From Paraspadella gotoi (taxonomy: Eukaryota > Animalia > Chaetognatha), in assembly GCA_051294375.1 (NCBI GenBank), contig CM119264.1, positions 5,544,218-5,608,217 of the forward strand: a stretch of 64,000 bases of DNA. The letters are read 5' to 3'. A model generated the notes under the pieces. It was not told the origin of the DNA and ran no database searches. It saw nothing but the letters and a program-made list of their open reading frames with translations. Shown piece by piece: positions 26,843 to 49,940 of this stretch. Position 1 is the stretch's first letter. Each line of letters begins with the position of its first letter. The position numbers and the translations under genes are program-made.

Positions 26843-29800
26843 TTAGGACTCGGTTCCTCTTGAGGATAGAATAATTGAAGAGCTGAATAACGGATTGGAT
26901 GGATGGATGGATGGATGGATGGATGGATGGATGGATGGATGGACGGATGGATCGATGGATACATGGACGGATTAGAGGATGGATGAAAAGTTGGAAGAAC
27001 GAATGGATGGAATACTTCAACACGGAAAAAGTTCCATTTAACTCTGAATCGTGTAACTTTCCTTGTGAAGCGTGAGGCTCATTACCTCGTTCCTAAACCT
27101 TTAGTCTTTAAACTTCGGTCCTGAACTCTGTGCCACGAAACGTGCGTCTTGAAACTACAGCATTTGCCTAACTACAACGAACGACGACAACAAACGACAA
27201 CATCGAGAAAGCTTTCCAGATTCGAGGCAGCTTTAAAAAACAAAACAAAACGCGACCCCATTCCGCCCTCGTAGCCGACGACTCAGTCACCGGGCCTTCG
27301 GGCAAAGTCGTCGTAGTCGTCGTTCATTATCGTCGTCGCCATTGGAGTGGTTGTATGAGTCGTTGTTTCCCTCCCAGAAAAATAATATCCTTTTAACTTA
27401 AAGTTGTTATATTCGTCATTAAATTGATTTCATTATCCTGTATTTGTCATCCTAATACCAAACGTTCTCTTGGTACTTGTCATCATCGTTTTCAGCGTCA
27501 TCTTCTTTTCAGTCAGCGGAGTTGTTCTGTTCACCTTTGTCATATCTTTAATAAACTTAGTCATCGTTATCACCTTCTCAATTTTTTGCGTCTTCGTCAT
27601 TCTCTGTGTCATCTTTGTCTTATTTGCTTTATTCCTCATCGTCATCTCAGTCTTCGTCTTCTTCGTCGTCGTCATTTTCATCTTCGTCGTCTCTTCGTCG
27701 TCATCTCGTCGTCATCGCCTAGTCATCAATGATGCAAATTCCGATCTTCGATTCTCGCGCAGTTTTCCTTCATTTCTTTCGCCGGCGGCGGGGAAGGGAT
27801 TTTCCCTGGGAGAATGCGGAAAGGGGGATGGGGATCCACTTGGGGGAGGGAACGAAGAAGGGGGGAATTAGGGGGGACTGGGGGAACGACGAGTTTGGAA
27901 GTGACCCGTTGAGCCTCGCATTTCGGGTGTACGGTCGTCCCCTGCAGAATGGAGTGCTTGCAAGACTTAGCACACCCAGATTGCGGTGGGCCCATCACAT
28001 GCTGCTGTTGATTGTTGCGACGACGAGCAAGGACATTTCTGAGTGTAGGTTGCGTGCAGTTTATTTGTCGGTGGAATTTCGGATTGTAGGTCGGACCGAG
28101 GACCGTGCTGCAGTGCTCGGGCCTCGAATGAAGGTGGTTGCGTGTGCCTGAGTCCAGGTTGAGATCTCCTACAGCTTTGAAAAGTCCATGGGCGCCTAGT
28201 CGTTCTGTGTAATACTTGCGTTGTCCGTGGTATGACCTCTTTTGCTTTTCGTATTGAGACCTGGTTGTCTCATCCTTGGTAGCCCAGTTCGTCGGCTTGG
28301 CTGTCATTGACATGGTCCGCGCTTATGCTGATCCAACTTTCTGTGCTCCTGCCTCATACCGGTTTCAGCGAGTGCATCCAGCATCGCGCGCTGTCGTGTG
28401 CCCCGCGCTTCTCCCTCGGCCTACCTGTTGCTTCTTATCGGTATCATGAGATTAACGATCTCGGCGAGGAGGATTTTGTGCGCATCTGCCTTCTTTGCCA
28501 TGCTATTTTCCAAACAAGGAGGTTTGGTCTTGTAGAGAGTTGCGCGAGAGTAACTTGGCTCTGGTCCCAGCCCTTGCGTCGTCAGCGCGTTTATGCGAAA
28601 ATGCGCTCTCAAGCGTATTCCTAATACTGAAAAAGCTGTATGAGAGCACCAGTTATACTCTTTCCAAAAGGTCGCTGACTTGGAAATTAAAGAGCGAGGC
28701 ACGAAGCCGAAACCTTGGCGAATCAATGCAAAAAGACAAAAACGTGAGACGAGCGCCCCCGTTAAAATGCGCGAGCCCACGACATCTGGAACCTGGGGCG
28801 TGACCTTTGATCTTTGACGTTGATGTTAAACGCGCTTCAGCGTGAGTAAAATCACAGAAGACCGGCGGGCGATGGACACTGAGGCCGGCCAGCGTATCTT
28901 TCCTGCCCGGGAACTCTCCGCCGCGGATTCCGTCTATGATGTCTCAGAGGCCCCCGCGCGTAGTAGACGAGTTGAATCGGTCGGGACTCCTTCTGGGCGG
29001 AGGAAGACGTCTAAACAGGACGCCCAAAGAGACCTTAGGACTCTTGGAGGCGCCCTGCCTTTAGACAGCAGACAGTCACTTCACTTGGCGGTGTATTCGA
29101 TGAGCACGACAAGCGCGCGTGTATCATTTGGGCGGTTGGGCGCGCGCTGCCGCCGTTTGGGGTGAATGGGTGAAGTATCCGCTGGTTCACCTCCGATTGC
29201 CTCTAACCGTTTATCGTTTCTTGTCGTTATTAAGGAAGGGCATAGGATGAAATAAATTATTATGGACTAGCTTGAGTGTAAATGTGGAATTCGTTTGAGT
29301 CTCTTAAAAAATAATACAATGAAGATGTTACTGCTCATAAACCAGATCGCGTTAAAATGCTTGGATAGATTTGCCGTTCTGTTCATATATTAAAACCTCC
29401 ATTTTCATTCCATCAACGAAAAACCACTGTACAGGCTTAGTAGATTTTAGTTAAGTCAATTAAACTAGCATACTAGTCGAGCAAACAGTTATACGAGCTA
29501 TTCCTCACTCCGTGTAGCAATACTGGACCGCACATTAATGCGGTTATAAGATTTTTCTTCTTATTTTTCTTGCTTAGCTTAAAAATTGTTTAGGTAAGTT
29601 TCTAAGATATAAGCGCACTCCCGCTTCTACATTATATTTTATTTCACCTCCTCACGAATATAATACCCACAATAAGCGGCGAACCTAATTTGTTTTATCG
29701 TTTTCGGCGCGTAATCGATTATCAGATTAAGTCTTTATTACGTTTTTTTTTCCCAATTCACAAAGTATTAGTTCTATGCCGGGTGTAGCCGTGCATAAAT

Positions 29801-29905
29801 ATTTAGGAAAAATATTTCTCAGGCCTTAGCCAAGTGATTTTGTTTAAAATGGTCGATAATATTTTGGTAGAAGAGATAATTGGATCTTGAACTTTTTAAT
29901 TTTAC
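26843..29905 (+). other. Noisy duplicate of 29941-~31900 (probable raw long-read gap overfill)
   Basis: 26843-27905 matches 29941-31013, differing mainly by indels. 28790-29880 contains insertion-stretched versions of 31320-31900 (e.g. ggaacctggggcgtgac, cgtgtagcaatactg, caagtgattttgtttaaaatggtcga). Ends at a 25-N gap. Confidence 0.8.
26893..26985 (+). repeat. (GGAT)n microsatellite (also at ~29990-30095)
   Basis: Direct reading of tandem ggat units. Confidence 0.9.
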
Positions 29906-32394
29906 NNNNNNNNNNNNNNNNNNNNNNNNNAAGAGAGAGATTAGGACTCGGTCCTCTTGAGGATAGAATAATTGAAGAGCTGAATAACGGATTGGATGGA
30001 TGGATGGATGGATGGATGGATGGATGGATGGATGGATGGATGGATGGAGCGGATGGATGATCGATGGATGATAACATGGACGGATTAGAGGATGGATGAA
30101 AAGTTGGAGAACGAATGGATGGATACTTCAACCACGGAAAAAGTTCCATTTAACTCTGAATCGTGTAACTTTCCTTGTGAAGCGTGAGGCTCATTACCTC
30201 GTTCCTAAACCTTTAGTCTTTAAACTCTGGTCCTGAACTCTGTGCCAGAAACGTGCGTCTTGAAACTACAGCATTTGCCAACTACAACGACGACGACAAC
30301 AACGACAACATCGAGAAAAGCTTTCCAGATTCGGGAGCAGCTTTAAAAACAAACAAAACGCGACCCCATTCCGCCCTCGTAGCCGACGACTCAGTCACGC
30401 GGCCTTCGGGCAAAGTCGTCGTAGTCGTCGTCATTATCGTCGTCGCCATTGGAGTGGTTGTATGAGTCGTTGTTTCCCCTCCAGAAAAATAATATCCTTT
30501 TAACTAAAAGTTGTTATATTCGTCATTAAATTGATTTCATTATCCCGTATTTGTCATCCTAATACCAAACGTTCTCTTGGTACTTGTCATCATCGTTTTC
30601 AGCGTCATCTTCTTTTCAGTCAGCGTAGTTGTTCTGTTCACCTTTGTCATATCTTTAATAAACTTAGTCATCGTTATCACCTTTCTCAATTTTTTGCGTC
30701 TTCGTCATTCTCTGTGTCATCTTTGTCTTATTTGCTTTATTCCTCATCGTCATCTCAGTCTTCGTCTTCTTCGTCGTCGTCATTTTCATCTTCGTCGTCG
30801 TCGCGTCGTCATCTCGTCGTCATCGCCTCAGTCATCAATGATGCAAATTCCGATCTTCGATTCTCGCGCAGTTTTCCTTCATTTCTTTCGCCGGCGGCGG
30901 GGAAGGGATTTTCCCTGGGAGAATGCGGAAAGGGGGATGGGGATCCACTTTGGGGAGGGGAACGAAGAAGGGGGGAATTAGGGGGGACTGGGGGGAACGA
31001 GTTTGGAAGTGACTTGAGTAGTGAGTGCATGAGTACATCTCGTGAGGGAAGGAATTTCTGAGGTGAGTTTTATTTTCGTGATTCGGATGGTCGGACGAGA
31101 ACCGTTGTGGTTGTTGTGTTGTTGTTGTTGTTTTTGTTGTTGTTGTTGTTTGTCTTCCGGTTGAGGGTCTTTCTGTAAGGATCGGGGCTTCTCTTCGGGT
31201 CATAGATTTGCCTTTTCGAGTGAGAAAGAAAAAAGCTGATAAATTTTTAAAATCTAGGAAATTAAAGGAAAAAATTGAATCAAATGAAAAAAAGAAACGT
31301 GATAGAAAATGGAGCCGAATGGAACCTGGGGCGTGACTTTGATTTGACGTCGTTAACTTGGTGAGTAAAATCACGACATGAGACGAGTTCAGTGCGGATC
31401 CTAAACCAAAGACGTTAGAGAGAGATCACGTGATTGAGAGACGCGTGTATTTCGAATCTTCGATTGATTGGCTCTTACAGTTCACAGATTCGCTTAAATG
31501 CTTGGATAGATTGCCTTCTGTCATTCCCCCAAAAACCCTTGCTTGCTTAGACGCTCATTGCGAGCAAGTACGCTATCACCGTGTAGCAATACTGACGCAT
31601 TAATGGTAAAGATTTCTTTTTTTTTTTTGCTTAGTTAAAATTGTTTAGTATTAGATAAACCACCCGCTTTATATTTTATTTCACCTCCTCACAGATATAT
31701 ACCCACATAAGGCGAACCTAATTTGTTTATCGTTTTCGCGCGTACATCGATTAAATCAATTAGTCTTTATCGGTTTTTTTTTTCCCACATTCACAAAGAT
31801 TATTCTACCGGGTGTGCCGTGCATAAATATTAGGAAAAATATTTCTCAGCCTTGCCAAGTGATTTTGTTTAAAATGGTCGAAATATTTTGGTAGAGAGAT
31901 AAGTTTGATGGAAGGAAAACTGAAGCTTAAACTTTTTTGGTTTTCAGATTTTAAAACGTGAAAAAACCGGATCACCTGGAAAATCTCGTTAATCGCAACC
32001 ATCAACAAGTCTATCCAACCACGAGCCAATTTGAAGTACATACTATGTGCAATAACTTATATGAGTTTAAAAAGAATAAATATGATTAGGGAGAACTCGA
32101 AGAAATATACATTATTAAATATTTTTTCGACAAGCAAAAAAAAATTAGCTCCAAATATAAAAAAAATTTTAGATTTTCAAGGACGAATCTTCTATACAAG
32201 TTTTACGAAAAATAAAACCAATCCGGTTTTCTATTAAATCCCTGTATCAATATAAAAGCAAAGAACTCCAACTGGCTGAACCACTTTGGTACCGTCGTTA
32301 CATTTTTCTTTTCTCCTTGTCTTTTGAAACATTTTCTGTTGTTCTTATTTTTATTCATAGTTTTATAATTTTTTATTACAATAAATATAAAACA

Positions 32395-32479
32395 ATGCAT
32401 TTCCTTGTCCCGTTTCTCCTCGCGGGAACAATCTTCCTGACGGCGTCAGTTCAAGCGACAGGATTGAGACTCCACGTGG
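32395..32479 (+). CDS. Secreted-type glycine-rich RRM protein, copy 2, exon 1 (signal-peptide-like leader plus RRM beta1)
   Basis: ATG at 32395 in aaacaATG context. Translates MHFLVPFLLAGTIFLTASVQA-TGLRLHV(G): hydrophobic core, VQA cleavage-like motif, then start of RNP2. Ends at phase-1 donor G|gtaagc (gt 32480-81). Homologous exon at 23236. Confidence 0.85.
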
Positions 32480-32800
32480 GTAAGCAAAATTTTTCGAAGA
32501 CGGTGCCGCAAGCATTTTGACGTCGGTAGCAAACAAGTTTCAAGACTTTGGACCAAACATTATTACCCTATTAGTGGGTTAGACGCCCCATCCCGCTTTC
32601 TTGTGTTAATCAGCAGGGTGCGAACCCGACTACTTTGGAACGAGCTATCTCCGGCGCCATATACACTGTTGGTTCTTGTACACCCATTACCACAACAACA
32701 TATTTATAAACGTCAACGCGACGCAAATTTTCACTTTTGTAAATAAACTAAATATCTTATATTTAACAGCCATTTCCTTTTCCTTCTCCCTCGCGGTCAG

Positions 32801-33013
32801 GTAATCTGGACTATTCAACTACGGAAGAAGACCTTCGTTCCCTCTTTGAAAGAGTGGTCGGCAAGGGTCACGTTTCTGATGTCAACATCATTACGGACCG
32901 TGAAACGGGTCGTAGCAAAGGATTCGCCTTTGTCACTTTAGACAATCATAAATCAGCCAAAAACGCCGTCGATGTCCTGAATAGTAGTGATCTTGATGGG
33001 CGGACAATCAGTG
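32801..33013 (+). CDS. Secreted-type glycine-rich RRM protein, copy 2, exon 2 (RRM core)
   Basis: Polypyrimidine tract and cag acceptor ending 32800. Spliced frame reads (G)NLDYSTTEEDLRSLFERVVGKGHVSDVNIITDRETGRSKGFAFVTLDNHKSAKNAVDVLNSSDLDGRTIS(V), with RNP1 KGFAFVTL. Phase-1 donor G|gtgggt at 33014. Confidence 0.92.
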
Positions 33014-33353
33014 GTGGGTTGTTAGTAACTTTTCTGTCTGTCTTTGTCTGTTTTTCTGTATGTCTGTCAGTGTGTCTATTTATCTATAGGTCTGTCCTAC
33101 CTACGTTTAAATGATCGAAATTTGTGTATCATGTAATGCTGGATCAATTTGAATATTATTTGGCACACAATAGATTCTTGTTCATTTGTTCCGTGCTTGC
33201 GTTATCACGTGATTACTTAACATCGAGATACGATCTTGTTAATAAAATGTTAATACTTTTTAAAACTCAATCCGTCCAATGTCGCGTCAAGTCTCAATAT
33301 TATCAATTAAATACGAATTAAAATGCTCACTCAATTTTTCTTTTTTCAAATAG

Positions 33354-33461
33354 TTAATTTCGCGAAATCAAGAAGGCCCGGCGGTGATTCGGGATCTTCC
33401 GGCCGCTACGGGAGTGGAAGAGTTGGCGGAAAAGGAGGTGGACGCTTTGGTGGTGGCGGTG
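33354..33461 (+). CDS. Secreted-type glycine-rich RRM protein, copy 2, exon 3 (RRM beta4 plus Gly-rich tail; runs into gap)
   Basis: T-rich tract and tag acceptor at 33351-53. In-frame (V)NFAKSRRPGGDSGSSGRYGSGRVGGKGGGRFGGGG, then N gap 33462-33745. Stop codon not visible. Confidence 0.85.
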
Positions 33462-34819
33462 NNNNNNNNNNNNNNNNNNNNNNNNNNNNNNNNNNNNNNN
33501 NNNNNNNNNNNNNNNNNNNNNNNNNNNNNNNNNNNNNNNNNNNNNNNNNNNNNNNNNNNNNNNNNNNNNNNNNNNNNNNNNNNNNNNNNNNNNNNNNNNN
33601 NNNNNNNNNNNNNNNNNNNNNNNNNNNNNNNNNNNNNNNNNNNNNNNNNNNNNNNNNNNNNNNNNNNNNNNNNNNNNNNNNNNNNNNNNNNNNNNNNNNN
33701 NNNNNNNNNNNNNNNNNNNNNNNNNNNNNNNNNNNNNNNNNNNNNTGGTTCTTGAAAAGACTCGTGGGAAGAAGTTGAGGTCGGAAAGTTGAGAAAATTG
33801 TATGGTGTGGTTTTTATTGGGTCTTTGGTGGAAACGGTGCTCATTGCTCAATGTACCTACGACGTTTTTATTACATTATCCCGAGTCCAGATTTGCAATT
33901 TTCTACTCTAAATTATGGGTATATGCTTTTGTAATAAAACATTTTTTTTAATTTTTTTTGTTTGTTTTTATCTATACCAAATAAATGGTGTAAGTCTTAA
34001 AAATTGAAGCCGTTCTTCTTTTTTTAAAATTTACTTCGAATTATTTTCGTCTCCCATTATTTTTGGATCAACATTGAGTCTTCCTTCTCTCACGGATCGA
34101 TGCTCTCGCTTCCATTCTTGACAAACTCTTGATCCTCTCACGTCTCATCATTCTTCCCTTTTCGTTTTTAGTATCACATTTTCTTTAACATATTTAACGT
34201 CTCGAATTAGGTTTTAGAAAAAAGAAAAAAGCTGAAAAAGATTTAAAATCTGGGAAATGAAAAGAAAAAATGGAATCAAACGGGAAAAAATGTAGAAACG
34301 TGAGAGAAAATGGAACCGAATGGANNNNNNNNNNNNNNNNNNNNNNNNNNNNNNNNNNNNNNNNNNNNNNNNNNNNNNNNNNNNNNNNNNNNNNNNNNNN
34401 NNNNNNNNNNNNNNNNNNNNNNNNNNNNNNNNNNNNNNNNNNNNNNNNNNNNNNNNNNNNNNNNNNNNNNNNNNNNNNNNNNNNNNNNNNNNNNNNNNNN
34501 NNNNNNNNNNNNNNNNNNNNNNNNNNNNNNNNNNNNNNNNNNNNNNNNNNNNNNNNNNNNNNNNNNNNNNNNNNNNNNNNNNNNNNNNNNNNNNNNNNNN
34601 NNNNNNNNNNNNNNNNNNNNNNNNNNNNNNNNNNNNNNNNNNNNNNNNNNNNNNNNNNNNNNNNNNNNNNNNNNNNNNNNNNNNNNNNNNNNNNNNNNNN
34701 NNNNNNNNNNNNNNNNNNNNNNNNNNNNNNNNNNNNNNNNNNNNNNNNNNNNNNNNNNNNNNNNNNNNNNNNNNNNNNNNNNNNNNNNNNNNNNNNNNNN
34801 NNNNNNAAGAAGGGGCAGA

Positions 34820-35055
34820 GGAGGCGACGGTGGGTGAGTGCGTGACCGAAAAGGGCGCCGGAGGCCACGATCGGTCGCGCGCTCTTATTAACATCGAAAC
34901 GAGGCTCTCGCCCTCGACCTCGCGACCGATACGGCACGCCCCGCTCCTTATCGGGCCGAGCCCCCCTCCCTCCCTCCCCCCCACGCCGCGTCGATCGAGG
35001 GATCGGGAATATATAAAGGGAGTCAGGATTTGGTGGTGGGGTGCTATCAGTCTAG
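34820..35055 (+). promoter_or_regulatory. CpG-rich island with GC box and TATA box
   Basis: cacgccccgc at about 34935, C-rich tract, TATATAAAG at 35010, TCAGT Inr-like motif at 35047 (spacing a little long). Confidence 0.35.
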
Positions 35056-37066
35056 GGTCGAGAGGGATCAGGACTCAGGAGCGAGTCGGGGGTAAAGAGA
35101 GGGACTTTGGATCATCGAAATCCGGGTCAAATCTAGAATTTGGGGTCAGAGGATCGATGGAGGATTCGGTAGGAAAGAGGATCAGAGAGGGTCAGAGGAT
35201 AAAAGAGGGTCAGAGAGAGGGTTCGGGTTATCGGAGTCGACAATTCTGGGTCGGACGAGATTTTTTGTAGCTTTTATCGGGTTTTTTTTTTAAAGCTTCA
35301 GTAAACGAGTTTTAGAACAAACGCAGTCGAAAATAACGGGAGCGCAAATTAAATTCTCATTCCAGCCTTAAATCTATCTTTTCTTAAAAATATTTTCTTT
35401 CTCTCGCATCTGTAATACCATGTTCTATCTTTATTATCATCTCACTCTATTTCTTCCCTTGTCTTTACCGCTTCTTCTATCTTTAATGCCGTCTTTCATC
35501 TCTAATATCATTTCGTCTAGTTAATGATAATAATGATTTTGGTCTTTTCATGCCAATAATATTAAAAATAAAACAAATTATTTCTGGAGATAACATGATT
35601 TTTATTCTTGAATATAAGCAGTATTAAGCACTGATCTTCAGAGACTTCTGTCTCCCTNNNNNNNNNNNNNNNNNNNNNNNNNNNNNNNNNNNNNNNNNNN
35701 NNNNNNNNNNNNNNNNNNNNNNNNNNNNNNNNNNNNNNNNNNNNNNNNNNNNNNNNNNNNNNNNNNNNNNNNNNNNNNNNNNNNNNNNNNNNNNNNNNNN
35801 NNNNNNNNNNNNNNNNNNNNNNNNNNNNNNNNNNNNNNNNNNNNNNNNNNNNNNNNNNNNNNNNNNNNNNNNNNNNNNNNNNNNNNNNNNNNNNNNNNNN
35901 NNNNNNNNNNNNNNNNNNNNNNNNNNNNNNNNNNNNNNNNNNNNNNNNNNNNNNNNNNNNNNNNNNNNNNNNNNNNNNNNNNNNNNNNNNNNNNNNNNNN
36001 NNNNNNNNNNNNNNNNNNNNNNNNNNNNNNNNNNNNNNNNNNNNNNNNNNNNNNNNNNNNNNNNNNNNNNNNNNNNNNNNNNNNNNNNNNNNNNNNNNNN
36101 NNNNNNNNNNNNNNNNNNNNNNNNNNNNNNNNNNNNNNNNNNNNNNNNNNNNNNNNNNNNNNNNNNNNNNNNNNNNNNNNNNNNNNNNNNNNNNNNNNNN
36201 NNNNNNNNNNNNNNNNNNNNNNNNNNNNNNNNNNNNNNNNNNNNNNNNNNNNNNNNNNNNNNNNNNNNNNNNNNNNNNNNNNNNNNNNNNNNNNNNNNNN
36301 NNNNNNNNNNNNNNNNNNNNNNNNNNNNNNNNNNNNNNNNNNNNNNNNNNNNNNNNNNNNNNNNNNNNAAAGAAAGGAGAGAAAGGGGTTAAGAACGAGT
36401 AAGGATTGAGATTGGGAAAGTTTGAGCTAGAACGGGCAAAGAAAGAAAAAGGGACAGATGCGTGGAAATGGCTTCATATCGAATGTCAACGACGTTTATT
36501 TTCAATTCAATCCCATTTTTATTGCTTTTCTTTTCGATTTTTGTTCTCTNNNNNNNNNNNNNNNNNNNNNNNNNNNNNNNNNNNNNNNNNNNNNNNNNNN
36601 NNNNNNNNNNNNNNNNNNNNNNNNNNNNNNNNNNNNNNNNNNNNNNNNNNNNNNNNNNNNNNNNNNNNNNNNNNNNNNNNNNNNNNNNNNNNNNNNNNNN
36701 NNNNNNNNNNNNNNNNNNNNNNNNNNNNNNNNNNNNNNNNNNNNNNNNNNNNNNNNNNNCTCTCTCGTCGCCTTTGTTTTTTTTCCCCTTCTCTCTCGAT
36801 TTCTCTTTCTCTGCCTCTTTCTCTCTCTCTTTGTAATTTCGTTCCGCGCCGGGGGAAAACGTTTTTTCGCATGAGAGATCTTCAAAGAGAAATTAACGTT
36901 TCGTTTATTATGTTAATAAAACGAGAGAGAGAAAAAAAATGGCGTCAGTGAAAAAAAAAAGTGAAATGATTCGCCGCCGATTTTTGTCAAAAGTTTTCAA
37001 GAACATTTCATCCGGATTCACGCGCGAAACAGAAACTGTGGNNNNNNNNNNNNNNNNNNNNNNNNN

Positions 37067-48683
<11,617 letters not shown>

Positions 48684-48936
48684 CTCATAATTTTTACTTC
48701 TTTACAGACTCAAAAGATAAAGAGAGAGAAAAACTTTTTATTTCAATCGCGATCACAACTCGATCACAAACTTGCCTTTCGATGATTTCGTCCCTAAACA
48801 AGGAGGGGCTCAACAAAGAGGGATTTTCACGTACTTTTGGGAGGAATGGAACCAGCCATTCTAACTTATGTAAGTACTAAGGTAGTACTGAAGACTACTT
48901 GCGCATATAATTCAAATGACTGTCTGTCTAGTTCTA

Positions 48937-49197
48937 TGCATAAAAACCTAAAAGCAATCTAAAAACGCAATATCAACTGTGAAAGTTGATCAATTACGAA
49001 ATCTAAAAGAACCCACTATCTTACCAAACTATGGAAATCAGCTGGTTATTGAGAACAGGTATTTTATCAGTTTCAGCTCTGACTCAACCGCTGTTTCCAT
49101 AGTTTGGTAAGTTAGTGGTTCCTTGTGGATTCCTAGTTATACTTTTCACAGGTGATATTGCGTTATAAGATTAGCCTTTTTTAGTCTTTTTTATGCA
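48937..49197. mobile_element. ~260-bp foldback (MITE-like) element
   Basis: Left arm tgcataaaaa...aacgcaatatcaactgtgaaagt...cttaccaaactatggaaa is reverse-complementary to right arm tttccatagtttggtaag...acttttcacaggtgatattgcgtt...tttttatgca. Loop about 40 nt. No clear TSD. Confidence 0.7.
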
Positions 49198-49698
49198 CTT
49201 TGTAGTTTTGGAAAATTGGATATTTTTATAATTTGGTGAGAATTGGCGGTTTAGTTGAAAGTAATTTAAGTTCTTTTGAACAAGTTTTAAGGCGAAACGT
49301 AATAGTGCTGGATCCCGGAACCTTACAATGAAGATAAGGCCGAGGGCCCAAACGACATCTGCCGGCGCGTCGTCATTGCAATCCGCGAATTCCCAAGTTT
49401 ATTTTTCCTCCTCCAGTTAATTTGTAATCAAACAAATGATCAACTAGTGTTTAACTGTTAATTTCTGATTTTTAATGGCCAAATAAATTCCACTTTGTAA
49501 CTGTAAAAAAAACAACTTTATTATTGGCTTACCTTTTTTTATGAAATAAATGAAGTAAATGCCGCTGATTCGTTGATGTTTCAAAATTTTAAATTTAAAA
49601 TAAATTTAGAGTTAAGAATTCTATGTGGACCAAGTGCCTGATCTGATCTTGATCTGAGCAGATGTTTATTGGGTTCTGAGTAAAAACATGGTACTGAA

Positions 49699-49940
49699 GA
49701 CAGTAATTATATATGTGTTAGTGACAGAAACCGTTCATGTAAGCAGTCCCTGAGCTTCGGATCAGGCTGTAACACCATGTTACAGGCGGGTTTAAGCCGG
49801 CCCCGTCCTCTTCAACTGCCAGGCGACCACCAGGCTAAAACCCCCAGACCTTTTGGGTTGGGAGGCGAATGACTTGCCTCCGCCCAATGGCCGCTGAAAT
49901 GAAACGGTTGGTGGAATTTTAGTCCCTTCCATGAGTACGT
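49699..49940 (+). repeat. Dispersed repeat copy (diverged match to ~25710-25930)
   Basis: cagtccctgagcttcggatcaggctgtaacacc...ttttgggttgg...ccgctgaaatgaaacggttggtgga aligns with the 25.7 kb copy. Confidence 0.65.

Larger units (their letters stand above)
31445..34210 (+). repeat. Segmental duplication unit B (carries gene copy 2); paralogous to ~22381-25640
   Basis: Same flanking, intron and 3' blocks as unit A, in the same order and orientation. Unit A has extra sequence downstream of the gene. Confidence 0.85.

Noticed and set aside
27726-29165. Complex-looking ORFs (195 aa, 140 aa, 119 aa) that might be taken for a mobile-element insertion between the RRM genes
   Set aside because: They lie in the insertion-inflated noisy copy of 31014-31900; no RT, transposase or integrase motifs recognised.
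23236-33461. Naming the genes CIRBP/RBM3, or treating the two copies as an assembly duplicate
   Set aside because: The leader and RRM residues differ from CIRBP/RBM3, so no symbol is assigned. The copies differ by many substitutions, including codon-level changes, unlike the indel-only artefactual duplicates.
49325-49360. tgaaga-taa-ggccgagggcc-caaac resembling a Penelope-type hammerhead ribozyme core
   Set aside because: Lacks intact CTGANGA and GAAA core residues and I could not find stems I and III.
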